A stretch of 64,000 bases of DNA from an uncultured Paraprevotella sp. (lineage in GTDB: Bacteria; Bacteroidota; Bacteroidia; Bacteroidales; Bacteroidaceae): positions 5,927 through 69,926 of the forward strand of contig CALULQ010000015.1 in NCBI GenBank assembly GCA_944321525.1, in the 5' to 3' direction. The translations under genes were made by a program, and so were the position numbers. The notes beneath the pieces are model-generated. The model was not told the DNA's origin, searched no databases, and worked only from the letters and a program-made list of their open reading frames with translations. Positions 1 to 9,532 of this stretch are shown here, in pieces. How positions within the stretch are numbered: the stretch's first letter is position 1; each line of letters starts with the position of its first letter.

Positions 1-1065
1 TTCAACGTCACGCGCGACAAAATCCCCGTATCCACCGTCGACGCAGCCTTCATGGCCGCGCCCGGAGTCGGTCTCATCCGCCTTTCCAGCTTCGGCAGCA
101 CGAGCCACGATGAAATGCAGAAGGCCATCAAAGACCTGCAGGCCAAAGGCATGAAGGACCTTATCCTGGACCTGCAGCAGAACGGCGGAGGATACATGGA
201 CGCTGCCACCAACATCGCCAGCGAGTTCCTGCCCAAGAACGACCTCATCGTCTACACCAAGGGCCTGCGCACGCCATACAAGGAATTCCGCGCGCAGGGA
301 CAAGGATTGTTCCGCGAGGGGCGCATCGTCGTGCTCGTGGACGAATATTCGGCATCGGCATCGGAAATCGTCACCGGCGCCATCCAAGACCAGGACCGCG
401 GCCTCGTGGTGGGGCGCCGCACCTTCGGCAAAGGCTTGGTCCAGAAACCGTTCATCCTCCCCGACGGCTCCATGATCCGCCTCACCGTGGCACGCTACTA
501 CACGCCCAGCGGCCGGTGCATCCAGAAACCCTACACGAAAGGCGACAAGAAGGACTACGACATGGACGTCATCGACCGATACAACCACGGCGAACTGACC
601 AACGCCGACAGCATCCATTTCCCCGACTCGCTCAAGTTCAAGACCCTGCGCAAGGGCCGCACCGTCTACGGCGGAGGCGGCATCATGCCGGACTATTTCA
701 TCCCGCTCGACACCACACGCTACACCCGCCTCCACCGCGAACTGACCGCAAAGGGAGCCATCGTCAACGCCGACTTGAAGTTCATCGAGAAGAACCGCAA
801 GAAGTTCCAACGCGAATATCCCACCTTCGAGCAGTTCAAGGCGGACTTCGACACGCCTCAGGAACTCATCGACCTCGTGCTCGCGGAAGGCGAAAAAGCC
901 GGAGTGAAGCCCAAGGACGACGAGGAACTGCAACAAACGCTGCCCGAACTGAGGCTACAAATGAAGGCCCTCATCGCGCGCGACATCTGGGACATGTCGG
1001 AATATTTTGCCGTCATCTACGAAAACAATCCCTGCGTGCGCAAAGCCCTGGAACTGCTGAAATAG
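1..1065 (+). CDS. C-terminal processing (tail-specific) peptidase, S41 family; 5' end lies outside the window
   Basis: Frame 1 is open from nt 1; the listed ORF 52..1065 is only the first in-window Met. S41-like blocks: DLQQNGGGY, VVLVDEYSASASEIVTGAIQD, GRRTFGKGLVQ, ARYYTPSGRCIQ. Confidence 0.85.
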   Translation, partial: FNVTRDKIPVSTVDAAFMAAPGVGLIRLSSFGSTSHDEMQKAIKDLQAKGMKDLILDLQQNGGGYMDAATNIASEFLPKNDLIVYTKGLRTPYKEFRAQGQGLFREGRIVVLVDEYSASASEIVTGAIQDQDRGLVVGRRTFGKGLVQKPFILPDGSMIRLTVARYYTPSGRCIQKPYTKGDKKDYDMDVIDRYNHGELTNADSIHFPDSLKFKTLRKGRTVYGGGGIMPDYFIPLDTTRYTRLHRELTAKGAIVNADLKFIEKNRKKFQREYPTFEQFKADFDTPQELIDLVLAEGEKAGVKPKDDEELQQTLPELRLQMKALIARDIWDMSEYFAVIYENNPCVRKALELLK

Positions 1066-1082
1066 ATGATACCTCTCCCAAT

Positions 1083-1132
1083 ACAGCGGGAAGGAAGCCC
1101 ACACACGAGGGCCTCCTTCCCGCTGTCTTTTT
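1083..1132 (+). terminator. intrinsic terminator after the S41 peptidase gene
   Basis: 13-bp stem ACAGCGGGAAGGA / TCCTTCCCGCTGT followed by CTTTTT, 18 nt after the stop codon. Confidence 0.7.
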
Positions 1133-1206
1133 AAGCCCCCGCGGAGAGCACAGTTCCTGCCGCCGCGATGAGGAGCACCACGGCACGGCATGCGGAAGGC
1201 GTCAGC

Positions 1207-1246
1207 GTACTCTGCGGCAAGTACTCGAGTACTTGCCGCAGAGTAC
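1207..1246. repeat. GTAC-framed palindromic repeat, copy 1 (two arms, perfect 40-nt palindrome)
   Basis: GTACTCTGCGGCAAGTACTC|GAGTACTTGCCGCAGAGTAC. Intergenic. Same core as the copies at 14457, 29864, 42362, 49919 and 58658. Confidence 0.9.
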
Positions 1247-1528
1247 AATCCCGGACTCCGCAAGGCACCGGCCCGCCTTCGGCAACGGAAGGAGCGGAAA
1301 TGCGGACGGCGCTCCGCCGCACGGGGGATTTCCGCGAACCACTTCCGCCCGGCTACAAATGTGCCCGCCCGTGCTTGCATACCTCAATTTAAAAGGCTAT
1401 TTTTGCACGAAGAAACCGCCCCGGTGCGACCGGCGCCCCGGAACGGTGGAGAAGCGGTTATAGTCGCGGCTAACTGCTTCCTTAATATAATAAGGAATAG
1501 ACAAGAATAACGCAAAAGAACCATAGCA

Positions 1529-2407
1529 ATGATACAATTCCTACAAGCGACAAAAGACAGCGTCAACGTGACGAAAGAAGTGGTCACGGCCATCGAGACC
1601 GGACACACGGAGCAGATCATCGAGAAACTCATAGACTTGTGCATCAGCGCGGGCAAGAACATCCTGATTGCCATCGTCGTCTACTTCGTCGGGCGTTTCC
1701 TCATCTCGCTCCTGCAGCGCCTCATGGCCAACATGCTGGAGCGCCGCAAGGTGGAGGTCAGCATCCAGATTTTCCTGAAAAGCACGGTGAGCATCCTGCT
1801 CAACGTGTTGCTGATCATCTCCGTGGTGGGCGCGCTGGGCATCAACACCACGTCCTTCGCCGCCTTGCTGGCCTCGGCCGGCGTGGCCATCGGCATGGCG
1901 CTCTCGGGCAACCTGCAGAACTTCGCCGGGGGGCTCATCATCCTCTTCTTCAAGCCCTACAAGGTGGACGACTGGATTGAGGCACAGGGCGTCTCGGGCA
2001 GCGTGACGGCCATACAAATCATGCACACAATCGTCACCACGGCAGACAACAAGGTGGTCTACATCCCCAACGGGGCCATGAGCAGCGGCGTCATCACGAA
2101 CTACAGCCGCATGGACACGCGGCGCGTGGAGTGGATCGTGGGCGTGGACTACGGCGAGGACATCGACAAGGTGAAGGGCGTGGCGGAAAGCCTGATCCAG
2201 AACGACAGCCGCATTCTGAAAGACCCCGCGCCCATCGTGGCCCTGCACGCCTTGGACGCCAGCAGCGTCAACGTGACCATCCGCGTGTGGGTGGCCAACA
2301 AGGACTATTGGGACGTGTACTTCGAGATGAACAAGAAAATCTACGAGGAGTTCAACCGCCAAGGCATCAACTTCCCGTTCCCGCAACTCACCATCCACCA
2401 GTCATAA
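1529..2407 (+). CDS. small-conductance mechanosensitive channel (MscS family)
   Basis: N-terminal TM helices, then an MscS beta-domain-like block GGLIILFFKPYKVDDWIEAQGVSGSVTAIQIMHTIVTTADNKVVYIPNGAMSSGVITNYS. Confidence 0.85.
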   Translation: MIQFLQATKDSVNVTKEVVTAIETGHTEQIIEKLIDLCISAGKNILIAIVVYFVGRFLISLLQRLMANMLERRKVEVSIQIFLKSTVSILLNVLLIISVVGALGINTTSFAALLASAGVAIGMALSGNLQNFAGGLIILFFKPYKVDDWIEAQGVSGSVTAIQIMHTIVTTADNKVVYIPNGAMSSGVITNYSRMDTRRVEWIVGVDYGEDIDKVKGVAESLIQNDSRILKDPAPIVALHALDASSVNVTIRVWVANKDYWDVYFEMNKKIYEEFNRQGINFPFPQLTIHQS

Positions 2408-2430
2408 CCAGCCGGCAAAGACATCAGACC

Positions 2431-2844
2431 ATGATACAGCAAACAGAAATCACATTGCGCGAAAGACCGCGCGGATTCCATCTCGTGACGGGGGAAATCA
2501 GCGGCCAGCTGCCCCCGCTCCCGCAGACGGGGCTGCTGAACCTGTTCGTCAGGCACACCAGTTGCGCGCTTTCCATCAACGAAAACGCCGACCCGGACGT
2601 GCGCTCCGACATGGCACGGATTTACGATCGGTTGGTGCGCGAAGGCGAACCCTACTACGACCATGTGCTGGAGGGCGCAGACGACATGCCGGCCCATGCC
2701 AAGTGCAACCTCACGGGAGTGAGCCTCAACATCCCCATCACGCGCGGCCGCCTCGGGCTGGGCACGTGGCAGGGCATCTACCTCTGCGAATTCCGCGACT
2801 ACGGCGGCCCGCGCCGCATCACGGCCACCATCATAGGAGACTGA
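2431..2844 (+). CDS. YjbQ/UPF0047 family protein (secondary thiamine-phosphate synthase family)
   Basis: The translation from ATG 2431 (MIQQTEITLRERPRGFHLVTGE..) carries HTSCALSINENADPDVRSDM and DDMPAHAKCNLTGVSLNIPITRGRLGLGTWQGIYLCEFR. The upstream part of listed ORF 2131..2844 overlaps mscS and is Arg/Gly junk. Confidence 0.85.
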   Translation: MIQQTEITLRERPRGFHLVTGEISGQLPPLPQTGLLNLFVRHTSCALSINENADPDVRSDMARIYDRLVREGEPYYDHVLEGADDMPAHAKCNLTGVSLNIPITRGRLGLGTWQGIYLCEFRDYGGPRRITATIIGD

Positions 2845-2848
2845 GCGG

Positions 2849-4951
2849 ATGATCGACAGAGCTACGGTGGACCGGATATTGGAAGCGGCGCAGATTGTCG
2901 ATGTCGTCTCGGACTTCGTCACGCTGCGCAAGGCTGGCGTCAACTACAAGGGCTTGTGCCCTTTCCACGACGACCGCACGCCCTCGTTCGTGGTATCCCC
3001 CTCCAAAGGCCTGTGCAAATGCTTCGCCTGCGGCAAGGGCGGCAACGCCGTGCACTTCATCATGGAGCACGAACAGCTATCCTACCCCGACGCGCTCCGC
3101 TATCTGGCCCGGAAATACAACATCGAAATCAAGGAACGCGAACTCTCCGACGAAGAAAAACAGGCACAGAACGAACGCGAGAGCATGTTCGTGGTCAACG
3201 AATGGGCCAACCACTTCTTCCAGGAACAACTCAGCAACACCGTGGACGGACGGGCCATCGGCATGGCCTATTTCCGTTCGCGCGGATTCCGCGACGACAT
3301 CATCAAGAAATTCCAACTGGGCTACAGTCCGTCGCAAAAGGACGCGCTCGCCCGCGAGGCCAAGGCACGGGGATACAAGCCGGAATTCCTGCTTTCCACC
3401 GGGCTGTGCCTCCAGCGCGACAACGGGCAGCTGGTGGACCGTTTCCACGGCCGCGTCATCTTCCCCGTACACACGCTGAGCGGGAAAGTGGTGGCCTTCG
3501 GCGGACGGGTGCTCGACGCCGCCACCAAGGGCGTCAGCGTCAAGTACCAGAACTCTCCCGAATCGGCCATCTATTCCAAGAAGAAAGAGCTCTACGGCCT
3601 CTATCTGGGCAAGCAGGCCATCGTCCGCCAAGACCTCTGTTTCCTGGTGGAAGGCTACACCGACGTCATCTCCATGCACCAGATGGGGGTGGAGAACGTG
3701 GTGTCGTCTTCTGGCACGGCGCTCACCACGGAACAAATCCGCATGATCCACCGCTTCACGGAGAACATCACCGTGCTTTACGACGGCGACGCGGCGGGTA
3801 TCAAGGCCTCGGAGCGCGGCATCGACATGCTGCTGGCCGAGGGGATGAACGTGAAACTGCTGCTCCTGCCCGACGGCGACGACCCCGACAGTTTCGCCCG
3901 CAAGCATAACGCCACGGAGTATCAGGCTTACCTGAAAGAACATCAGGTGGACTTCATCAAGTACAAGACCGACCTGCTGCTGCACGAAGCCCAAGGCGAC
4001 CCCATCAAACTCTCGCGCCTCATCAGCAGCATCGTGCACACCATCTCCGTGATTCCCGACGAAATCACTCGCTCCGTCTACACCCGCGAAACGGCCGGTA
4101 TGCTCAACATGGAGGAGCGACTGCTCGTGGCTGCCATTGCCAAAGAGACGGCAAAAGCCAAGGAAGAGCGACAAAAACAACGCGACAACGAACGGAACCG
4201 CAAGGCCACGCAGGCCGCACCCGCCGCTCCCGCCGACGGCACGCCGCCCGACGCACCGCTGCCCGGAACGGCCGACGCATCGGCCGAAGGCGGAATGCCC
4301 GGGCCGCCGCCACCGCCGCCCGAGGAGATTCCCGCCGGAGAGGCGCCAGAAGCGCCCTCCTTGCCCGACTACCTTCCCGCCAAGGGCGCGGAAGAAATGC
4401 TGTTCTACCAGAAAGAACTGTTGCTCGTGCAGGTCATCATCCGCCACGGGGAGAAAACCGTATGCTATGCCGAGGGGGAACAGGGAGAGGACGTGCCGGT
4501 GAGCGCGGCCGAATACATCCACTACGCGCTGCTCGAGGACGGGCTGCTCTTCCGCACTCCCCTGCACAAGCGCATCCTGCAGGAAGCCATCGAACACGTG
4601 CACGACGAAGGCTTCTGCGCCGAACGCTATTTCCTCAACCACCCCGACGCGGCGGTCGGTTCACTGGCCTTCGAACTTTGCGACGACAAATACCAGCTGA
4701 GCAAATACCACTCCAAACAACAAAAGATAACCACCGACGAGGAGCGACTGGCCGAACTCGTGCCCCACCTGATATCCGACTTCAAACTGGCCGTAGTGGA
4801 CGAGGAACTGCAACAAATCCTTCTCAAGCTGCGCCGCCCGGACATCCTGTCCGACAAGGAAGAGTACATGGAAATCATGAAGCGCTACAAGGAAATGAAA
4901 GACATAGAGCGCACCTTGGCGCGGGAACGGGGCGACCGCGTCATCACGTAA
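2849..4951 (+). CDS. dnaG: DNA primase
   Basis: CHC2 zinc finger CPFHDDRTPSFVVSPSKGLCKCFACGKGGN. TOPRIM block VEGYTDVISMHQMGVENVVSSSGTALT .. LYDGDAAGIKA. Confidence 0.95.
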   Translation: MIDRATVDRILEAAQIVDVVSDFVTLRKAGVNYKGLCPFHDDRTPSFVVSPSKGLCKCFACGKGGNAVHFIMEHEQLSYPDALRYLARKYNIEIKERELSDEEKQAQNERESMFVVNEWANHFFQEQLSNTVDGRAIGMAYFRSRGFRDDIIKKFQLGYSPSQKDALAREAKARGYKPEFLLSTGLCLQRDNGQLVDRFHGRVIFPVHTLSGKVVAFGGRVLDAATKGVSVKYQNSPESAIYSKKKELYGLYLGKQAIVRQDLCFLVEGYTDVISMHQMGVENVVSSSGTALTTEQIRMIHRFTENITVLYDGDAAGIKASERGIDMLLAEGMNVKLLLLPDGDDPDSFARKHNATEYQAYLKEHQVDFIKYKTDLLLHEAQGDPIKLSRLISSIVHTISVIPDEITRSVYTRETAGMLNMEERLLVAAIAKETAKAKEERQKQRDNERNRKATQAAPAAPADGTPPDAPLPGTADASAEGGMPGPPPPPPEEIPAGEAPEAPSLPDYLPAKGAEEMLFYQKELLLVQVIIRHGEKTVCYAEGEQGEDVPVSAAEYIHYALLEDGLLFRTPLHKRILQEAIEHVHDEGFCAERYFLNHPDAAVGSLAFELCDDKYQLSKYHSKQQKITTDEERLAELVPHLISDFKLAVVDEELQQILLKLRRPDILSDKEEYMEIMKRYKEMKDIERTLARERGDRVIT

Positions 4952-4999
4952 GAAAAGCCTCCGACCGGAAGCATCCTGACATAAAAAAACAAACTGGAT

Positions 5000-5455
5000 A
5001 TGAAAAAAACGACTCAATACTTATGGCCCGTGGCCCTCTGCCTCATCGTGGGCTACGCCGCGTCCCTCTTCCAACGGGACGCCCTCATCGAATGGTATCC
5101 CATCCTCTTCAAGCCGCAACTCACGCCGCCCAACGCCGCCTTCCCCATCGTCTGGACCATCCTCTACATCCTCATCGGCGTTTCGCTGGGACGCATCTGG
5201 GGCCGGGGCTTCAAGGCGAGCGAACGCGAATGGTGGGTCCAGCTGGCCCTGAACTTCTGCTGGAGCATCGCCTTCTTCTACTTGCGCGAACCGCTGTGGG
5301 GCATGGGCGTCATACTGGTGCTGGACGTCGTGGTGCTGGACTACATCCTCATCACGTTCAAGAAAGACAAGCCGGCAGCCCTTTGCTTCGTCCCCTATCT
5401 CCTGTGGTTGCTCTGGGCCACTTACCTGAACGCCTACATTTACATTTTCAACTAA
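5000..5455 (+). CDS. tspO: TspO/MBR family tryptophan-rich sensory protein
   Basis: 151 aa with 5 predicted TM helices. W-rich motifs: EWYPILFKPQLTPPNAAFPIVWTILY, WSIAFF, LLWLLWATYLN. Confidence 0.85.
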   Translation: MKKTTQYLWPVALCLIVGYAASLFQRDALIEWYPILFKPQLTPPNAAFPIVWTILYILIGVSLGRIWGRGFKASEREWWVQLALNFCWSIAFFYLREPLWGMGVILVLDVVVLDYILITFKKDKPAALCFVPYLLWLLWATYLNAYIYIFN

Positions 5456-5516
5456 GCGGGCCACCGTGCTGCACCCGCGGAAGACGGGAAACGGAACGGG
5501 CGGGAAACGCTCCCGC

Positions 5517-5837
5517 TTATTCCAGTTTCACGGCCGTTCCGCTGCAAGTCACCATCAGCATGCTGCCGTTCGCGCCGATAGTCTCATAGTCCAGGTCAAT
5601 GCCCAAGACGGCATTGGCCCCCAGCCGTTCTGCTTCTTCCGCCATTTCCCTCATGGCCGTGTCCTTGGCCTTGCGCAACACTTCCTCGTAAGACCCTGAG
5701 CGCCCGCCGAAAAAGTCGCGCAGCCCGGCAAAAAGGTCACGTATGGCATTGGCGCCGATGATGGCCTCGCCCGTCACCACGCCATAGTATTCCGTCGCAT
5801 GTTTGCCCTCCACCAGGGCCGTAGTAGTCATCAACAT
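5517..5837 (-). CDS. YbjQ/UPF0145 family protein
   Basis: 106 aa: [35 protein letters not shown] .. [24 protein letters not shown], typical of the family. Confidence 0.85.
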   Translation of the reverse strand: MLMTTTALVEGKHATEYYGVVTGEAIIGANAIRDLFAGLRDFFGGRSGSYEEVLRKAKDTAMREMAEEAERLGANAVLGIDLDYETIGANGSMLMVTCSGTAVKLE

Positions 5838-5861
5838 ATTCTTTCTCCTTTCTGTGATTGG

Positions 5862-6287
5862 TTATCTTCTTTTCCCACCGAACATCAGGCTGTCCAGCGA
5901 ATACTTCCCGGGGCCGGCCAAGAACATCAGCACAAACACCACAAAATAGATGAGCGCCAGCTCGCCGGCCTTCACGTTCCCGCCATGGACGAGGAAAAAC
6001 GCCACCCCCATCGTGGCCATCATGGGCAAAAGGCTCAAACGGTATAAAAAGCCGAAGATGAATGCCACAGAGCAAAACAACTCGGCAAACACGGCCAGCA
6101 TCAGCGAATAGAGGCTGCCCACGCCCAACGGGTCGGGGAAAGACGCTTCCATCGCGGAGAAGCCCGTCAGCTTGGCAAACCCGTGGGTCACCAACAATGA
6201 ACCGAACAGCAGACGCATCACCAATAAAAAAAGGGAAACATTCGTCTGGTACGCCTTTCGCGGAAACAGCAATGCTTTAATCGTCAT
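5862..6287 (-). CDS. DoxX family membrane protein
   Basis: 141 aa, 4 TM helices. LLVMRLLFGSLLVTHGFAKL .. GKYSLD C-terminus is typical of DoxX. Confidence 0.8.
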   Translation of the reverse strand: MTIKALLFPRKAYQTNVSLFLLVMRLLFGSLLVTHGFAKLTGFSAMEASFPDPLGVGSLYSLMLAVFAELFCSVAFIFGFLYRLSLLPMMATMGVAFFLVHGGNVKAGELALIYFVVFVLMFLAGPGKYSLDSLMFGGKRR

Positions 6288-6442
6288 ATCTCTCTTCTAT
6301 CGTACATTACGGCGGTGCCAGCTCAGCGGCAACCGCCTTGTTTTGCTGCCAAAGATACAAATTTTAACCGCCCCAAAAGCCGCTTTTACATTTAATAACT
6401 TCATATAACTTTGCTTTCCTGCCACATACGCGCAAATTTCCA

Positions 6443-6450
6443 TATCTTTG
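6443..6450 (+). promoter_or_regulatory. putative Bacteroidetes -7 promoter box (TAnnTTTG) for cysK
   Basis: TATCTTTG lies 44 nt upstream of the cysK ATG. A second box, TAACTTTG, is at 6406-6413. Confidence 0.4.
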
Positions 6451-6493
6451 CCCGGATTGAAACAACAAACCATTTGAAACAAACATCTGCATT

Positions 6494-7441
6494 ATGGAAA
6501 AAATCTATCATTCGTTGGCAGAACTGATCGGCCACACTCCATTACTGGAAATCAGCCATATAGAGAAAGAAGAACAGCTTAAGGCGCGCGTCTTGGTGAA
6601 GCTGGAAAGCTTCAACCCCGGCGGGAGCGTGAAAGACAGGGCCGCCCTCAGCCTGATTGAAACCGCCGAGCGCGACGGACGGCTCCGCCCCGGCGGCATC
6701 ATCATTGAGCCCACCAGCGGCAACACGGGCATCGGACTGGCTTGGATTGCCGCAGTGAAAGGCTACCGGCTCGTGCTCACCATGCCCGAAACCATGAGCA
6801 TCGAGCGCCGCAAACTGCTGAAAGCGCTCGGGGCAGACATCGTGCTCACCCCGGGAAGCGAAGGCATGGGGGGCGCCATCCGCAAGGCACAGGAACTGCA
6901 GGCCGCCCACCCCGGCTCGTTCATCCCCCAACAGTTTGAGAACCCGGCCAACCCGGAAGCGCACGTGCGCACCACGGCTGAAGAGATCTGGGACGACACG
7001 GACGGAAAAGTGGACATCTTCGTGGCCTCCGTAGGCACGGGCGGCACCCTCAGCGGAACGGCGCGCGGACTGAAAGCCCACCGGCCGGACCTGAAAGCCG
7101 TGGCCGTGGAACCGGACGCATCGCCCGTGCTCTCGGGCGGGAAAGCCGGGCCACACAAAATACAGGGCATCGGCGCGGGCTTCGTCCCGGGCAACTTCGA
7201 CCGTTCGCTCGTGGACGAAATCATCCGCGTGACGGACGACGACGCCATCCGCGCGTCACGCCGCCTGGCCCAGAGCGAAGGCGTGCTGGCCGGCATCTCG
7301 TCCGGCGCCGCGCTGCATGCGGCACTGGAAATCGCCCGCCGTCCGGAAAACGAAGGCAAGACCATCGTGGCCGTGCTCCCCGACACGGGCGAGCGCTACC
7401 TCTCCACCGTGCTCTATGCCTTCGAGGACTATCCGCTCTGA
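6494..7441 (+). CDS. cysK: cysteine synthase A (O-acetylserine sulfhydrylase)
   Basis: PLP-lysine block [15 protein letters not shown], plus [10 protein letters not shown] and GTGGTLSG motifs. 315 aa. Confidence 0.93.
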   Translation: MEKIYHSLAELIGHTPLLEISHIEKEEQLKARVLVKLESFNPGGSVKDRAALSLIETAERDGRLRPGGIIIEPTSGNTGIGLAWIAAVKGYRLVLTMPETMSIERRKLLKALGADIVLTPGSEGMGGAIRKAQELQAAHPGSFIPQQFENPANPEAHVRTTAEEIWDDTDGKVDIFVASVGTGGTLSGTARGLKAHRPDLKAVAVEPDASPVLSGGKAGPHKIQGIGAGFVPGNFDRSLVDEIIRVTDDDAIRASRRLAQSEGVLAGISSGAALHAALEIARRPENEGKTIVAVLPDTGERYLSTVLYAFEDYPL

Positions 7442-7456
7442 GGCACCCACACAAAA

Positions 7457-7500
7457 GCCCTCAAAGAAAGGCGCAAAACATCGCGCCTTTCTTTGAGGGC
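7457..7500 (+). terminator. hairpin terminator after cysK
   Basis: Perfect 18-bp stem GCCCTCAAAGAAAGGCGC / GCGCCTTTCTTTGAGGGC starts 16 nt after the stop. The trailing T-run is weak (TTG). Confidence 0.6.
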
Positions 7501-7843
7501 TTGACAAAATGCACTATCTTTGCTCTCGGAAAGCCGGGCTTCGGCTTCAATGTATCAAACTTTAAAGAAGACAGAAAATGACATAGAGATAAAGGAAACA
7601 TATTATTCATTGCGTTTGCTATTATTCGATATACTCTGAAAATTTGGCGATTAGATTAGTATAGACACGGATAAGTTCGGTAGACGCCTGCGCCATGCGC
7701 GGGTGGAACTTATGTCTATACGGGTTACGCCAAATACCTCAGAGTGTGATAAGTGAAGCCTGCGCTTCTTTTGTATCCCGCCCTGAGGTGTTTGTGTAAT
7801 GGCCCGTATCATCGAGGATAGTCCGCGCACAAACCAAGCGTAG

Positions 7844-8640
7844 ATGACAAGACATTCTTTGCCGAAAGGAAGCATATCCGCGATATGCTTCCTGACAGGG
7901 TGTTTTGTGCCCGTATGCGCACAAAGCACCATGACGGACAGCCTCTCGCTGCCGCCACGATCCGAGGCCTTCACCGACCACACCCACCACTTCAAGCTCA
8001 AGGAAATGCTGATTCCGGCCGCCGCATTCGGAGCATCCGCCGCGTTCGTGGGCAACGGATGGGGCTCAAACAACGGGAAAACATTCAAGACGTGCTTTCC
8101 GCCAACGGAAGACACAAGTTCAAATGGGACGACTACATGCAATACTCCCCCATGGTGGCCGCGTACGTCCTGGACCTGACCCGGCTGGAAGGCCAGCATG
8201 GCTTCAAGGACAAGACCATCATCCTGGCCATGTCATACGCCACAATGGGCATCTTGGTCAACGCCATGAAGTTCTCCGTCAAGGAAAGGCGCCCGGACAG
8301 CCATGCCCGCAACTCCTTCCCCTCGGGGCATACAGCCACGGTATTCATGGGCGCGGAGTTCCTCTACAGAGAGTACAAGGACGTTTCGCCATGGATAGGC
8401 TATGCCGGCTATGCGGTCGCCGCCACAACCGGATACCTGAGAATCTACAACGACCGTCACTATTTCAACGATGTGATTGCCGGTGCCTGCATCGGCATCC
8501 TGAGCACCAGACTGTCCTACTGGCTGTATCCGAAACTCTTCAAGAAATCCCGGTGTCACACCCGCAAGGACATCATGGCTGCCGGTCTGCCCTATTGTTC
8601 TTCGGAGGGAGCGGGAATCAATTGCCGCATTTGGTTTTAG
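7844..8640 (+). pseudogene. PAP2-family phosphatase interrupted by a 1-nt frameshift (or a sequencing error) in a G4 run
   Basis: Frame 2 (7844->) encodes the signal peptide and first helix: MTRHSLPKGSISAICFLTGCFVPVCAQS..MLIPAAAFGASAAFVGNGWG. Frame 1 (from ~8062) encodes the rest with PAP2 motifs: KERRPDS, PSGHTA, RIYNDRHYFNDVIAG. The junction is at GGGG 8061-8064. Confidence 0.55.
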
Positions 8641-8900
8641 CATTATAAAAGAAGGAGGAAAGGGCCATCACCGGACTGTCCGTCCCGAAGGCGAAAAGCT
8701 GCAAGCCCGAATGACAAAAAGGAACCGGCATCGGGAAAACACTGTCAAAAATGACATGCCACAGTGTTTTCCCTGACAGACAGACAATGCGAAACTTGTG
8801 AAACAGGAAGCCAAGCGTTAAAAAATGGGCCGGAGAACTGCCGCATAAGAGCATTTCTCCGGCTTTTCCCGTCATTCTCAACCGCACAAAACGAGATTTC

Positions 8901-8955
8901 TTTGCGGCAAAACGCTTTCTCCTTGCCGCAAGGACGAAAACGTCTTGCCGCAAAG
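8901..8955. repeat. degenerate relative of the palindromic repeat arms, without GTAC frames
   Basis: TTTGCGGCAA .. CCTTGCCGCAAGG .. CTTGCCGCAAAG; the arm cores TTGCGGCAA and TTGCCGCAA appear in both orientations. Confidence 0.4.
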
Positions 8956-9532
8956 CGGAGAAAGCCACCGCTGAAAAGGGGAAAAATCCAAGCTCCGGCC
9001 GACTTTTTTTCTCTATCCGGACCGCCTGCGCATACAGCATCCACCTGACAGATTGCAAGCATATCCCCCTCCGCCGCCGGCACGCCCGACAGCGTCGTGC
9101 GCACGACCTCCCGCGCTTCCGGCCAAAAAGAAAGCGGAATCCCCGCTTTCGCCGTCATCCTGCGTCTCGCCGACCCGCAAAATACGCGCGAATTTCCGGC
9201 CCGCCCGTCCATCGGGGCGGAATACGCGATTCTCGCCCCCTCCGCCCTGACGTTTTGACAGCATGCAACAAGGATGCCCGTGGGCGCTGTTGAAATAAGG
9301 CGTGTCAGCAGGCCGGCCTGCCATCCATATATCCCAACAGATGCACTCCAGGCTCAATGCCCGGCCTTGTCCCTTTTTCCTTTTAGCCCCCTCGTCAGGC
9401 ATGACGCTATGGCAAAACAGGTATAATCTGTGGGATTCTACTCTGGCTGAATAAAGAAAATGTTTTTCTTTAGAGAAGGGGCGACAAAACGGAATCGAAC
9501 ATCCGCCCTATTCCGACTTCGTTTCATCCCCC

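Noticed and set aside
1131-1392. Small ORFs sharing peptides such as LRQVLEYLPQST and CGKYSSTCRRV at six loci (also near 14330-14815, 29660-30190, 42110-42630, 49790-50300 and 58400-58740). They could be mistaken for a small-protein gene family.
   Set aside because: The shared peptides are simply translations of the palindromic DNA repeat in different frames and strands. The surrounding ORF sequence is unrelated Arg/Pro/Gly junk.
2431-2844. The idea that YjbQ (secondary thiamine-phosphate synthase family) compensates for the absence of thiE, thiC and thiD from the local thiSGHF operon.
   Set aside because: thiC, thiD and thiE are very likely encoded elsewhere in the genome. Nothing in this window links the two loci, so this is pure speculation.
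7651-8199. A 182-aa minus-strand ORF overlapping the PAP2 5' region and its upstream spacer.
   Set aside because: It has no signal or motif content and an odd composition. It overlaps the better-supported PAP2 reading frames on the opposite strand.
9491-9507. A tRNA T-loop-like string (minus strand GGCGGATGTTCGATTCC) just downstream of thiF. It could be a tRNA gene or an att-site remnant.
   Set aside because: The flanking bases do not form a T-stem, acceptor stem or anticodon arm. No cloverleaf can be drawn and no integrase is nearby.
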